DNA of 33,473 bases from an uncultured Staphylococcaceae bacterium (GTDB lineage Bacteria; Bacillota_I; Bacilli_A; RFN20; CAG-826): assembly GCA_964460405.1 (NCBI GenBank), contig CAYWQC010000001.1, positions 1 to 33,473 on the forward strand. Reading direction: 5' to 3'. Made by a program: the position numbers and the translations under genes. The notes under the pieces are model-generated. The model saw nothing but the letters and a program-made list of their open reading frames with translations. It made no database searches and was not told the DNA's origin. This document shows positions 8,796-18,634 of this stretch, piece by piece; the stretch's first letter is position 1, and each line of letters begins with the position of its first letter.

Positions 8796-9001
8796 GAAAA
8801 TAAAAAACGCCCACATAGGGCGTTAATAAACGCGGTGCCACCTAATTCATGCAATATTTGCATCTTGAATGTTTTTAACGCAAACTAACGGAACGATTAA
8901 GTTCATCCTCAAAGGTGGAATTCATTGCCCTCACTTATTGGTCTTACACCCTCACCAATTCGCTATTAAGTTTTGGGCTACTACTAGCCTTGTCATCGGA
9001 C
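8796..9001 (-). promoter_or_regulatory. T-box riboswitch leader (tRNA-Ser responsive) with intrinsic terminator
   Basis: Minus-strand evidence:
- A K-turn/stem I start, CGAUGACAAGGCUAGUAG.
- A specifier-loop candidate, AUGAAUUCCACC, with UCC at 8919..8917.
- The conserved T-box AAUUAGGUGGCACCGCG at 8847..8831.
- A terminator, ACGCCC-uaugu-GGGCGU followed by UUUUUU, at 8824..8796, directly before the serS SD. Confidence 0.85.
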
Positions 9002-9007
9002 AAGACT

Positions 9008-9036
9008 ATTGTATATGTTTCTTTGCTTGTTTGCAA
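9008..9036 (-). promoter_or_regulatory. sigma-A-type promoter of the serS T-box leader
   Basis: Minus strand: TTGCAA (9036..9031), a 17-nt spacer, then TACAAT (9013..9008). Confidence 0.55.
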
Positions 9037-9049
9037 TGCTGATAGGTAA

Positions 9050-9076
9050 AGAAAAAACGCCACAATACTGTGACGT
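9050..9076 (-). terminator. rho-independent terminator after gyrA
   Basis: Minus strand: ACGUCACA-guau-UGUGGCGU (8-bp stem including one G-U pair) followed by UUUUUUC, 10 nt after the gyrA stop. Confidence 0.7.
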
Positions 9077-9085
9077 TTAAACTTT

Positions 9086-11641
9086 TTATTCGTTGCTATC
9101 TACAGGGTTCTCTTCACCGGTTGCATCCGGTGTTATGTCGTCCTCTTCAACATCGTCTTCTTCACTATGTTCAACAACTGCAAAGGAGGATAGGGCTTCA
9201 CCTTTTTTAAGGTTAATTACTTTAACGCCTTGCGTATGTCTTCCGAGAACACTTACTTGTTCGAGTGTGATCCGAATGACCGTACCTTCTTGGGTGATGA
9301 GGAAGAGGTCTTCATCTCCTCTTACCGCTCTGATACCGACAAGATGACCAACCTTTTCACTGGCTTTAATCGTGGCAACACCTTTACTTCCACGCTTGGT
9401 AAGGCGATAGTCTTGCGTGTGACTCATCTTTCCATAGCCCTTTGAAGTGAGGGCAAGGATGAGCTCACCTTCGAGTGAAGTTGTCACACCCACAACAAAG
9501 TCACCTTCATCAAGGTTGATACCACGTACACCTGCCGCGGTTCTTCCCATACTGCGAACATCACTTTCGTTGAATTTGACCATCTTACCATTACTGGCAC
9601 CGATACCTATGAGTGCGTCTCCATTTGTAACCTTAACATCAATTAATTGGTCGCCTTCACGGAGGTTAATCGCGATTTTTCCATTTTGATTAATACGAGC
9701 AAATTCTTCAAGACTTGTCCGTTTGACAACACCTAAACGGGTGACATAAAACAGATAAGTTCCCTCGCTATATTGATCAACACTAAGAATTGCCTTAACG
9801 GTTTCTTCTTTATCAAGACTGAGTAGGTTAACGATAGGCATTCCCTTGCCCGTACGTTGTTGTTCAGGTATTTGATGCCCACGTATACGGTACACTTTAC
9901 CAAAGTTTGTAAAGAAGAGTATGTCAGTGTGTGTTTTAGTGTGAACAAGCATGTCAACCAAATCATCTTGATTGGTCTTCATCCCTTTCACGCCTTTTCC
10001 ACCACGTTTTTGTGTCCTAAACTCATCAGGACTCATCCGTTTTACATAGCCTTTCTTCGTGATTGAGACAATGATTTCTTCCTCGGGAATGAGGCTTTCA
10101 TCATCGATGTTGGCTTCTTGGTTACTAATTTGCGTTCTTCTTTCGTCACCAAATTTGGTTTTAATTTCCTCAAGTTCTGTGAGAACCACATCAACCATAT
10201 TGGCTCTTTGCGAAAGAATGAAACGGTATTTAGCAATACTAATTTCTAATTGTTCTCTTTCTTGTAATAACTTTTCTTTTTCTAATCCTGTTAATCGCCG
10301 TAGTGTCATTGATAACACTTCTTTGGTTTGAATTTCGCTAAATCCAAAACGTTCAATTAGGCGGTTAGTCGCTACTTCAGTATTGGCACTACTCTTGATC
10401 ATTTGCACAATTTCATCAATGTTTTCGTTAGCTTTAATGAGACCAATGACAACATGGTCACGAGCTTCAGCCACTGCCAATTGGTGTACTGTCCGGCGGC
10501 GGATAATTTCGACTTGGAAGTCAAGATAATAACTCAACAACTGTTTAACGTTAAGCACTTGTGGGGCATTATCAACAAGACAGAGGTTAATAATCCCAAA
10601 ACTTGTTTGTAGTTGCGTTTGTTTGTATAAATTATTGAGGATAACTTCAGGAATGACATCCTTACGAAGTTCGATAACGACCCTCATACCCTCTTTGTTT
10701 GATTCATCACGAATATCAGTAATACCATCTATCACCTTGTTACGTGCGAGATCCGCGATGGCTTCAATCACACGAGCCTTATTGACTTGATAGGGCATTT
10801 CATCAATGATAATCCTATTTTTACCATTTGATAATTCCTCAAAGTGGGCTTTTGAACGAATAACAACTGAACCACGCCCGGTTTCGTAGGCGTCAAGAAT
10901 GCCTTTTTTACCTAAAATCATCGCTCCGGTAGGAAAATCGGGGCCAAACAAAGCACGTTCCATAATGTCACGTGGTGTAACATCAGGTTCGGTCGCAATT
11001 AATTTAATCGCGTTAATTGTTTCGCTAAGGTTGTGAGGGGGCATATTGGTCGCCATCCCCACCGCAATCCCTGAGGACCCATTAACTAATAGGTTAGGGA
11101 AGCGACTTGGTAACACTTCTGGTTCTTTCTCACTCCCATCATAGTTGTCGACAAAATCAACCGTATCTTGATTGATATCTTTGACAACTTCAAGAGCAAG
11201 CTTTGTCATTCTTGCTTCGGTATATCGCATGGCTGCGGCTTCATCACCATCAATACTACCAAAGTTACCATGACCATCAATGAGAGTGTATCTCATCGAA
11301 AATGGTTGGGCTAGACGGACAAGTGTTGAGTAAATAGCGGAATCCCCGTGGGGGTGATATTTACCCATGACGTCCCCGACAATACGCGCGCTTTTTTTAT
11401 GTGGTTTATCTGGTGTCATGCCCGTTTCATTCATACCATAAACGATGCGACGGTGGACAGGTTTAAACCCGTCTCGCACATCTGGGATTGCCCGTGAGAC
11501 AATAACAGACATCGCATAGTCAAGAAAGGCACTTCTGACTTCGTGGGCGACTTCTACCTCGTGAATACCTGCTTCAATACCGTCTTTTGGTCCTAATACG
11601 TCTTCGGGATTGTTTGTTTTATTTTCTTCGTCAATCATCAC
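9086..11641 (-). CDS. gyrA: DNA gyrase subunit A
   Basis: 851 aa with the family N-terminus [28 protein letters not shown] and active-site region [11 protein letters not shown]-terminal beta-pinwheel repeats and an acidic tail. The track start at 11641 is a GTG and an ATG follows immediately at 11638. SD AGGAGG overlaps the gyrB stop. Confidence 0.97.
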   Translation of the reverse strand: MMIDEENKTNNPEDVLGPKDGIEAGIHEVEVAHEVRSAFLDYAMSVIVSRAIPDVRDGFKPVHRRIVYGMNETGMTPDKPHKKSARIVGDVMGKYHPHGDSAIYSTLVRLAQPFSMRYTLIDGHGNFGSIDGDEAAAMRYTEARMTKLALEVVKDINQDTVDFVDNYDGSEKEPEVLPSRFPNLLVNGSSGIAVGMATNMPPHNLSETINAIKLIATEPDVTPRDIMERALFGPDFPTGAMILGKKGILDAYETGRGSVVIRSKAHFEELSNGKNRIIIDEMPYQVNKARVIEAIADLARNKVIDGITDIRDESNKEGMRVVIELRKDVIPEVILNNLYKQTQLQTSFGIINLCLVDNAPQVLNVKQLLSYYLDFQVEIIRRRTVHQLAVAEARDHVVIGLIKANENIDEIVQMIKSSANTEVATNRLIERFGFSEIQTKEVLSMTLRRLTGLEKEKLLQEREQLEISIAKYRFILSQRANMVDVVLTELEEIKTKFGDERRTQISNQEANIDDESLIPEEEIIVSITKKGYVKRMSPDEFRTQKRGGKGVKGMKTNQDDLVDMLVHTKTHTDILFFTNFGKVYRIRGHQIPEQQRTGKGMPIVNLLSLDKEETVKAILSVDQYSEGTYLFYVTRLGVVKRTSLEEFARINQNGKIAINLREGDQLIDVKVTNGDALIGIGASNGKMVKFNESDVRSMGRTAAGVRGINLDEGDFVVGVTTSLEGELILALTSKGYGKMSHTQDYRLTKRGSKGVATIKASEKVGHLVGIRAVRGDEDLFLITQEGTVIRITLEQVSVLGRHTQGVKVINLKKGEALSSFAVVEHSEEDDVEEDDITPDATGEENPVDSNE

Positions 11642-11650
11642 AATGACCTC

Positions 11651-14713
<3,063 letters not shown>

Positions 14714-14733
<20 letters not shown>

Positions 14734-14938
14734 GATCAACCTTTGCTTGTTGGTCACCCACGCGGATAACCTCACCACCAAAGAGCTTACGTCCTCGCCG
14801 TGTTTCGAGAACACCATCGACAAAAACCTCGCCGTTCAGGATGAGGCTTTTCGCCATGCCTCCCGTCGCTGCAAGGTCGTATTTTTTGAGGGCTTGCCCT
14901 AGGGTTATATAAGTGTCTTTGTCCGGTTTTTTCATCAT
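14714..14938 (-). CDS. yaaA: S4-domain RNA-binding protein YaaA
   Basis: 74 aa. ITLGQALKKYDLAATGGMAKSLILNGEVFVDGVLETRRGRKL is typical of the small S4-like protein conserved between dnaN and recF in Firmicutes. Its 3' end overlaps the recF start by 20 nt. Confidence 0.8.
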
Positions 14939-14951
14939 GTTTTAACTATGG

Positions 14952-14973
14952 TTAATTTTACCACAAAAGACAA
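14952..14973 (-). promoter_or_regulatory. promoter-like 22-mer, copy A (extended -10 TGGTAAAAT), upstream of yaaA-recF-gyrBA
   Basis: The minus strand reads TTGTCTTTTGTGGTAAAATTAA. It matches 16241..16262 at 20 of 22 positions. The -10 TAAAAT is at 14960..14955, preceded by TGn. Confidence 0.5.
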
Positions 14974-14999
14974 AAAAAGGGAATATATAATATTCCCTT
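14971..14999 (-). terminator. rho-independent terminator after dnaN
   Basis: Minus strand: AAGGGAATAT-uau-ATATTCCCTT (10-bp stem) followed by TTTTTTTG, about 30 nt after the dnaN stop. Confidence 0.75.
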
Positions 15000-15031
15000 G
15001 AAACAATAGTGACAAACAGGTCTTTCTTGAC

Positions 15032-16165
15032 CTAATAGGTGCGGACTGGCGTGACGATTTGTACGTGGCTCGGGTCATCGTTCACACGAACACTAAACGG
15101 CTTCATTTCGCCTAAAAAACCAACATTGACATCTTCCGATTGACACGCTTTAACTGCCGCGCTCACAAAGAGATAATTGAAGGATATTTCCAGTGCGTCA
15201 CCCGAATATTTGCAGGTTGTAATTGTCTCGGTAGCACTACCTGAAAGTGGACTTCTTGAGGAGATAACAACAGCATCTTCACTCATTGAGAGTTTGACGA
15301 TGTTTTCTCTTTCGTTGGCCGCTAACAAAGCAACGCGTTCCATTGCCTTCAAGAGCTCGCTAGAGTTCACTTCAAGGAAACTGTTATAAGATTTTGGGAT
15401 AATGTTTTTTGTGTTGGGATAATCACCGGCGATCAACCGAGAGGACACGACTGTGCCGTCAAATTCGAATAAGATTTTTTTATCGCTCACCGAAATCTCC
15501 ACACTGTTTACTCCTGGGGTTCCCTCGATGGTTTTGGCGATTTCTTGTAAAACACGCGCTGGAACATTGGCGTTAAAAACGACATTGTCTTTGATTTCGA
15601 TTGTTTTTTTAGCGAGTCGAGCAGAATCGGTAGCGATCGCGGTCAGTTCGCCTTCGCTTGCTTGCAAATGGAGCGCAGTCAGAATCGGACGTTGTTCCTT
15701 GGTGCTAGCAGCAAACGACGTTTGTTCAACCATGCGAATGAATTTACGACTATCAACTTCGAAAGTGACGCCGTTCTTCTCAAGGTCAATCTCAGGATAT
15801 TCCTCGGGACGGACTGAGTTGAGGTTATATTTGGTGCGGCCGTCTTCGATTTTTGCAATCGACCCATCAAATAGTTCAAAGTCGATTTCATTGCCTTCCA
15901 ACTTTCTGATCATTTCCGTAACGATTTTACTGGAAATTAGGCATTCTCCTTCCGCGTAAACGCGAATGACTTCAAGGTCGTTAACTCGCATGGGAATCAG
16001 TGTCTTCATTGCAAGTTCTCCGTTTGAGCCAAGGAGGTGTAATCCTTTCTCGTCTAGGGTAAGCAAAATGTTACCTAATACCGGGATAGGAGACTTCGTT
16101 GTCGTGGGTTTGCTTGCGACCATCAATCCTTTTAAAAATTGTTCGCGATTAATCTTAAATTTCAT
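15032..16165 (-). CDS. dnaN: DNA polymerase III beta sliding clamp
   Basis: 377 aa with the N-terminus MKFKINREQFLKGL, three-domain clamp length and the conserved position after dnaA. SD GAGAGGAA lies upstream. Confidence 0.95.
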   Translation of the reverse strand: MKFKINREQFLKGLMVASKPTTTKSPIPVLGNILLTLDEKGLHLLGSNGELAMKTLIPMRVNDLEVIRVYAEGECLISSKIVTEMIRKLEGNEIDFELFDGSIAKIEDGRTKYNLNSVRPEEYPEIDLEKNGVTFEVDSRKFIRMVEQTSFAASTKEQRPILTALHLQASEGELTAIATDSARLAKKTIEIKDNVVFNANVPARVLQEIAKTIEGTPGVNSVEISVSDKKILFEFDGTVVSSRLIAGDYPNTKNIIPKSYNSFLEVNSSELLKAMERVALLAANERENIVKLSMSEDAVVISSRSPLSGSATETITTCKYSGDALEISFNYLFVSAAVKACQSEDVNVGFLGEMKPFSVRVNDDPSHVQIVTPVRTY

Positions 16166-16187
16166 ATATTCATTATTCCTCTCAAAA

Positions 16188-16224
16188 TAATAGTAATAAT
16201 AAGGGCTGTGAATTGTGTGGAAAA
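16188..16224 (+). other. oriC unwinding module: DnaA-trio-like array, GC cluster and two tandem DnaA-box-like 9-mers
   Basis: The plus strand reads TAA TAG TAA TAA TAA (16188..16202), GGGC (16203..16206), TGTGAATTG (16207..16215, 3 mismatches) and TGTGGAAAA (16216..16224, 1 mismatch to TGTGGATAA). Confidence 0.6.
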
Positions 16225-16240
16225 CCCTCTTTTTCTAACT

Positions 16241-16262
16241 TTAATTTTACCACACCAGACAA
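16241..16262 (-). promoter_or_regulatory. promoter-like 22-mer, copy B (extended -10 TGGTAAAAT), in the dnaA-dnaN spacer
   Basis: The minus strand reads TTGTCTGGTGTGGTAAAATTAA. It matches 14952..14973 at 20 of 22 positions and points toward dnaN, through the box/trio module. Confidence 0.5.
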
Positions 16263-16294
16263 TGACTTTGTATAAGTTTTATTACATAAAAGGT

Positions 16295-17653
16295 TTATTT
16301 TAGCCGACCGGTAAGGTCATCTAAAACTTTTTTAAACCCGTGATCATTTTTCAACAATTTCTCCACTTTTTGAATGGCGTTCATCACAGTTGAGTGATCT
16401 TTGCCCCCAAAGGCCTTGCCCACCTTAGAGAAAGGGAGGTCGAGAAGATTGCGCATAAGGTACATCGCGATATGTCGTGCCAAGCTAACTTGCGAGGTTC
16501 GATTGCGCCCAGTGAGCTGGTTAGGGGTTAGGTTATAATAGTCGGCGACAACGCTAAGTACACGTTTCTCGCTTAGTTTGGTTTGTGAATCGATCACGCT
16601 AATGAGTGGTTCGACAGATTGTACGGCGATGTCGTAGGTGACCTTCTTGGAAGGGTGGATGTTAATGATGTAGAAAAGCAGGCGATTTAAGGCGCCTTCT
16701 AGGTCGCGAACGTTGTTGCCAAAACGATCAGCAAAAAACTCAAGAACATCGTCTTCAAAATCCTCTACATCGAGGTTGTTGGCGATGATTTTTTTCTTTA
16801 GAATCTCTTTTCGTGTTTCTAAATCGGGGATTGAGATGCTGATTTGTAACCCCTGATTGAAGCGGGAAACCAAGCGGTTTTCCAACCCTTTTAATTCGCT
16901 AGGATGGCGGTCGCTAGTTAGGACGATTTGTTTGTTGTTGTTTACGAGGGTGTTGAAAATATGGAAAAACATTTCTTCTGTTTTAGGTTTTTCTGCTAAA
17001 AACTGTATATCATCAATTAAAAGAACATCAATTGAACGAAAAAAATCTTTGAGAGACTCGCTTTCTTTGTCTCCGTGAACATAGCGAATATATTCTTCAA
17101 CAAAGTCATCGGTAGAGATGTATAAAATGTTGAGTAGTGGCGTTGTTTCTTTGATATAGTTGCCAACCGCGTGGAGAAGGTGGGTTTTACCCAACCCAGA
17201 GGCTGAATATATAAATAGGGGATTATACATTTTTCCCGGGGAGGCAGCAATCATTAAAGCGGCTTGGTAAGCCTGTAAATTGCTGTTACGCCCTACGACG
17301 AAATTATCAAAGGTGAATTTGGGGTTAACTTTTGAGCTTGTAAAGAAAGTACGTGTCTTTTCAATGGTTTTTTCCACGGGTTTGCTGATTTCCTCACCAA
17401 TTACAAAGTCAATTCGGTAGTTGGACTCGGTAATGTCCGCGACAACTTCTTCAACTAGGCTCGTGTAAGTCGAGGAGAGCACGGATTTAGCTAAACTAGA
17501 GTTGGCCACGACAGAAATCGTATCACCGTTGATCGCATGGATATAAGTGTTGGTAAAAAACGCATCATACACGTGTCTTTCAGTGATTTTTTCTTTAATT
17601 CTTGCCAGTGAACGATCCCAAAGTTGGGTGATTTCAGATATCGATTTGATCAT
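16295..17653 (-). CDS. dnaA: chromosomal replication initiator protein DnaA
   Basis: 452 aa with AAA+ Walker A GLGKTHLLHA, LLIDDIQFL and the domain IV DnaA signature GGKDHSTVMNA. SD GGAGG lies upstream. Confidence 0.97.
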   Translation of the reverse strand: MIKSISEITQLWDRSLARIKEKITERHVYDAFFTNTYIHAINGDTISVVANSSLAKSVLSSTYTSLVEEVVADITESNYRIDFVIGEEISKPVEKTIEKTRTFFTSSKVNPKFTFDNFVVGRNSNLQAYQAALMIAASPGKMYNPLFIYSASGLGKTHLLHAVGNYIKETTPLLNILYISTDDFVEEYIRYVHGDKESESLKDFFRSIDVLLIDDIQFLAEKPKTEEMFFHIFNTLVNNNKQIVLTSDRHPSELKGLENRLVSRFNQGLQISISIPDLETRKEILKKKIIANNLDVEDFEDDVLEFFADRFGNNVRDLEGALNRLLFYIINIHPSKKVTYDIAVQSVEPLISVIDSQTKLSEKRVLSVVADYYNLTPNQLTGRNRTSQVSLARHIAMYLMRNLLDLPFSKVGKAFGGKDHSTVMNAIQKVEKLLKNDHGFKKVLDDLTGRLK

Positions 17654-17690
17654 AAACTAAGCCTCCGTTTAACTACAAAGAAATATTAAC

Positions 17691-17968
17691 ATATCCACAG
17701 CCGAAAAAGAGACGAAAATGGACAATTTTAATTTGTCCACAATTTGGCGCATGAAAACGCACGGTTTTATATAGTTTTCCACAGTTTCCACAAATTTTGC
17801 TTGTGGAGAACGTTGTGGATAACATTATCCACGTTAACAATAGTGGGTATTGTGGAACTTTGTCCCCAACATCAGACGATTATCCACAAGGAATTATTAC
17901 CATAATATCTTTGTTTTATTGTCAAACCCACACTATCCAAGTGCGTTTTCCACAAAAAATGTGGATAA
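17691..17968. other. oriC DnaA-box cluster (dnaA-rpmH intergenic region)
   Basis: Eleven 9-mers fall within 2 mismatches of TTATCCACA/TGTGGATAA.
- Perfect: 17814..17822, 17880..17888, 17960..17968.
- One mismatch: 17691..17699, 17733..17741, 17775..17783, 17802..17810, 17825..17833, 17946..17954.
- Two mismatches: 17784..17792, 17851..17859.
An AT-rich tract (about 17995..18100) follows, up to rpmH. Confidence 0.85.
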
Positions 17969-18028
17969 ATCAATTTCGTGATGAAAACACGACATCTGTG
18001 CTTAATTATTCGAATTTTCATTAATCGT

Positions 18029-18058
18029 TTGACTTTACATAGTAAAACCATATACAAT
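18029..18058 (+). promoter_or_regulatory. sigma-A-type promoter of rpmH
   Basis: TTGACT (18029..18034), an 18-nt spacer, then TACAAT (18053..18058), about 48 nt upstream of the rpmH ATG. Confidence 0.5.
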
Positions 18059-18106
18059 TTATAAGCACAACTTATGTTGTAATTCTTATTAGCAAGGAGA
18101 AATTTT

Positions 18107-18241
18107 ATGAAAAGAACATATCAACCAAGTAAAATCAAAAGAGCTCGTGTTCACGGTTTTAGAGAAAGAATGTCAACCCCTAGTGGTCGTAAAATCCTAA
18201 AAGCCCGTCGGGCCAAGGGTCGTCATTCATTAACAGTTTAA
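18107..18241 (+). CDS. rpmH: 50S ribosomal protein L34
   Basis: Not in the ORF track because it is under 60 aa. My translation is [44 protein letters not shown], the canonical L34 sequence. SD AAGGAGA lies 6 nt upstream. Confidence 0.95.
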   Translation: MKRTYQPSKIKRARVHGFRERMSTPSGRKILKARRAKGRHSLTV

Positions 18242-18247
18242 TCCTGA

Positions 18248-18273
18248 AGCCGGCTATGTCCGGCTGTTTTCTT
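18248..18273 (+). terminator. hairpin plus U-tract between rpmH and rnpA (probably a partial terminator or attenuator)
   Basis: AGCCGG-cuaugu-CCGGCU followed by GUUUUCUU, then SD GAGGAGG and the GTG start of rnpA. Confidence 0.5.
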
Positions 18274-18289
18274 ATTAGAGGAGGTTCCC

Positions 18290-18634
18290 GTGAAAAAACA
18301 TTATCGAGTTAGAAACACAAAAGATTTTACTCGGATTATTCACCAAGGGACTGCTCTTAAATCAAATGCATTGGTGTTATATTATACATGTAACACCGAA
18401 CACCTTAGGGTGGGTATTGCTGTCAGTAAAAAAGTTGGCAATGCTGTTACAAGAAACAAGATTAAGCGACAACTACGCGCTATTTTTACGCACTATACAC
18501 GTCGTTTGAAGAATAGAGATATTGTTGTCGTTGTTCGTAAAAACTATCTCGATCATTCTTACGAGCAAATCACCACGCTCGTTGACCAATTGTTAGATAA
18601 AATGGAGAAAAACATTAATGAAGAAGAAAAATAA
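18290..18634 (+). CDS. rnpA: ribonuclease P protein component
   Basis: 114 aa and basic, with the RNR-like motif KKVGNAVTRNKIKRQLR. GTG start with SD GAGGAGG. It sits in the conserved position after rpmH. Confidence 0.9.
   Translation: MKKHYRVRNTKDFTRIIHQGTALKSNALVLYYTCNTEHLRVGIAVSKKVGNAVTRNKIKRQLRAIFTHYTRRLKNRDIVVVVRKNYLDHSYEQITTLVDQLLDKMEKNINEEEK

Noticed and set aside
8778-8816. N-terminal extensions in the ORF track: serS to 8816, recF to 14823, jag from 19859, tadA to 7404, rsmA from 23277, the FGGY kinase from 28474, and the ABC gene 'start' at 33450.
   Set aside because: The extensions overlap structured RNAs (the T-box terminator and the SRP RNA) or the preceding gene. They use TTG or GTG without an SD and add residues not found in the families. 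Internal ATGs with an SD or ATGA coupling fit better. The 33450 'start' is a GTG inside a frame that stays open to the window edge.
8917-8923. Reading the T-box specifier as UUC (Phe), because UUC directly follows GAA.
   Set aside because: UUC would be followed by a pyrimidine instead of the conserved purine. The antiterminator bulge UGGC predicts a G73 discriminator (tRNA-Ser) rather than A73 (tRNA-Phe). The regulated gene is serS. I keep it as an explicit alternative until a covariance alignment is run.
15453-15959. Long antisense ORFs inside confirmed genes. Examples: 168 aa opposite dnaN; 157 aa at 32429..32902 opposite the ABC gene; 131 aa at 8431..8826 opposite serS; 120 aa at 21286..21648 opposite mnmE; and 1523..1876, 1905..2243 and 2277..2594 opposite psuG and the ATPase.
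   Set aside because: These are shadow frames of strongly conserved genes. Their translations are low-complexity and Ser/Leu/Thr/Arg-rich, with no motifs, no SD and no independent intergenic signals.
17797-18057. Two overlapping ORFs (75 aa on the plus strand, 61 aa on the minus strand) in the dnaA-rpmH gap.
   Set aside because: They are built from the DnaA-box repeats (the recurring VENVVDN / HVNN and CGQ / PQ translations of TGTGGATAA and TTATCCACA). They lack an SD and lie within oriC.
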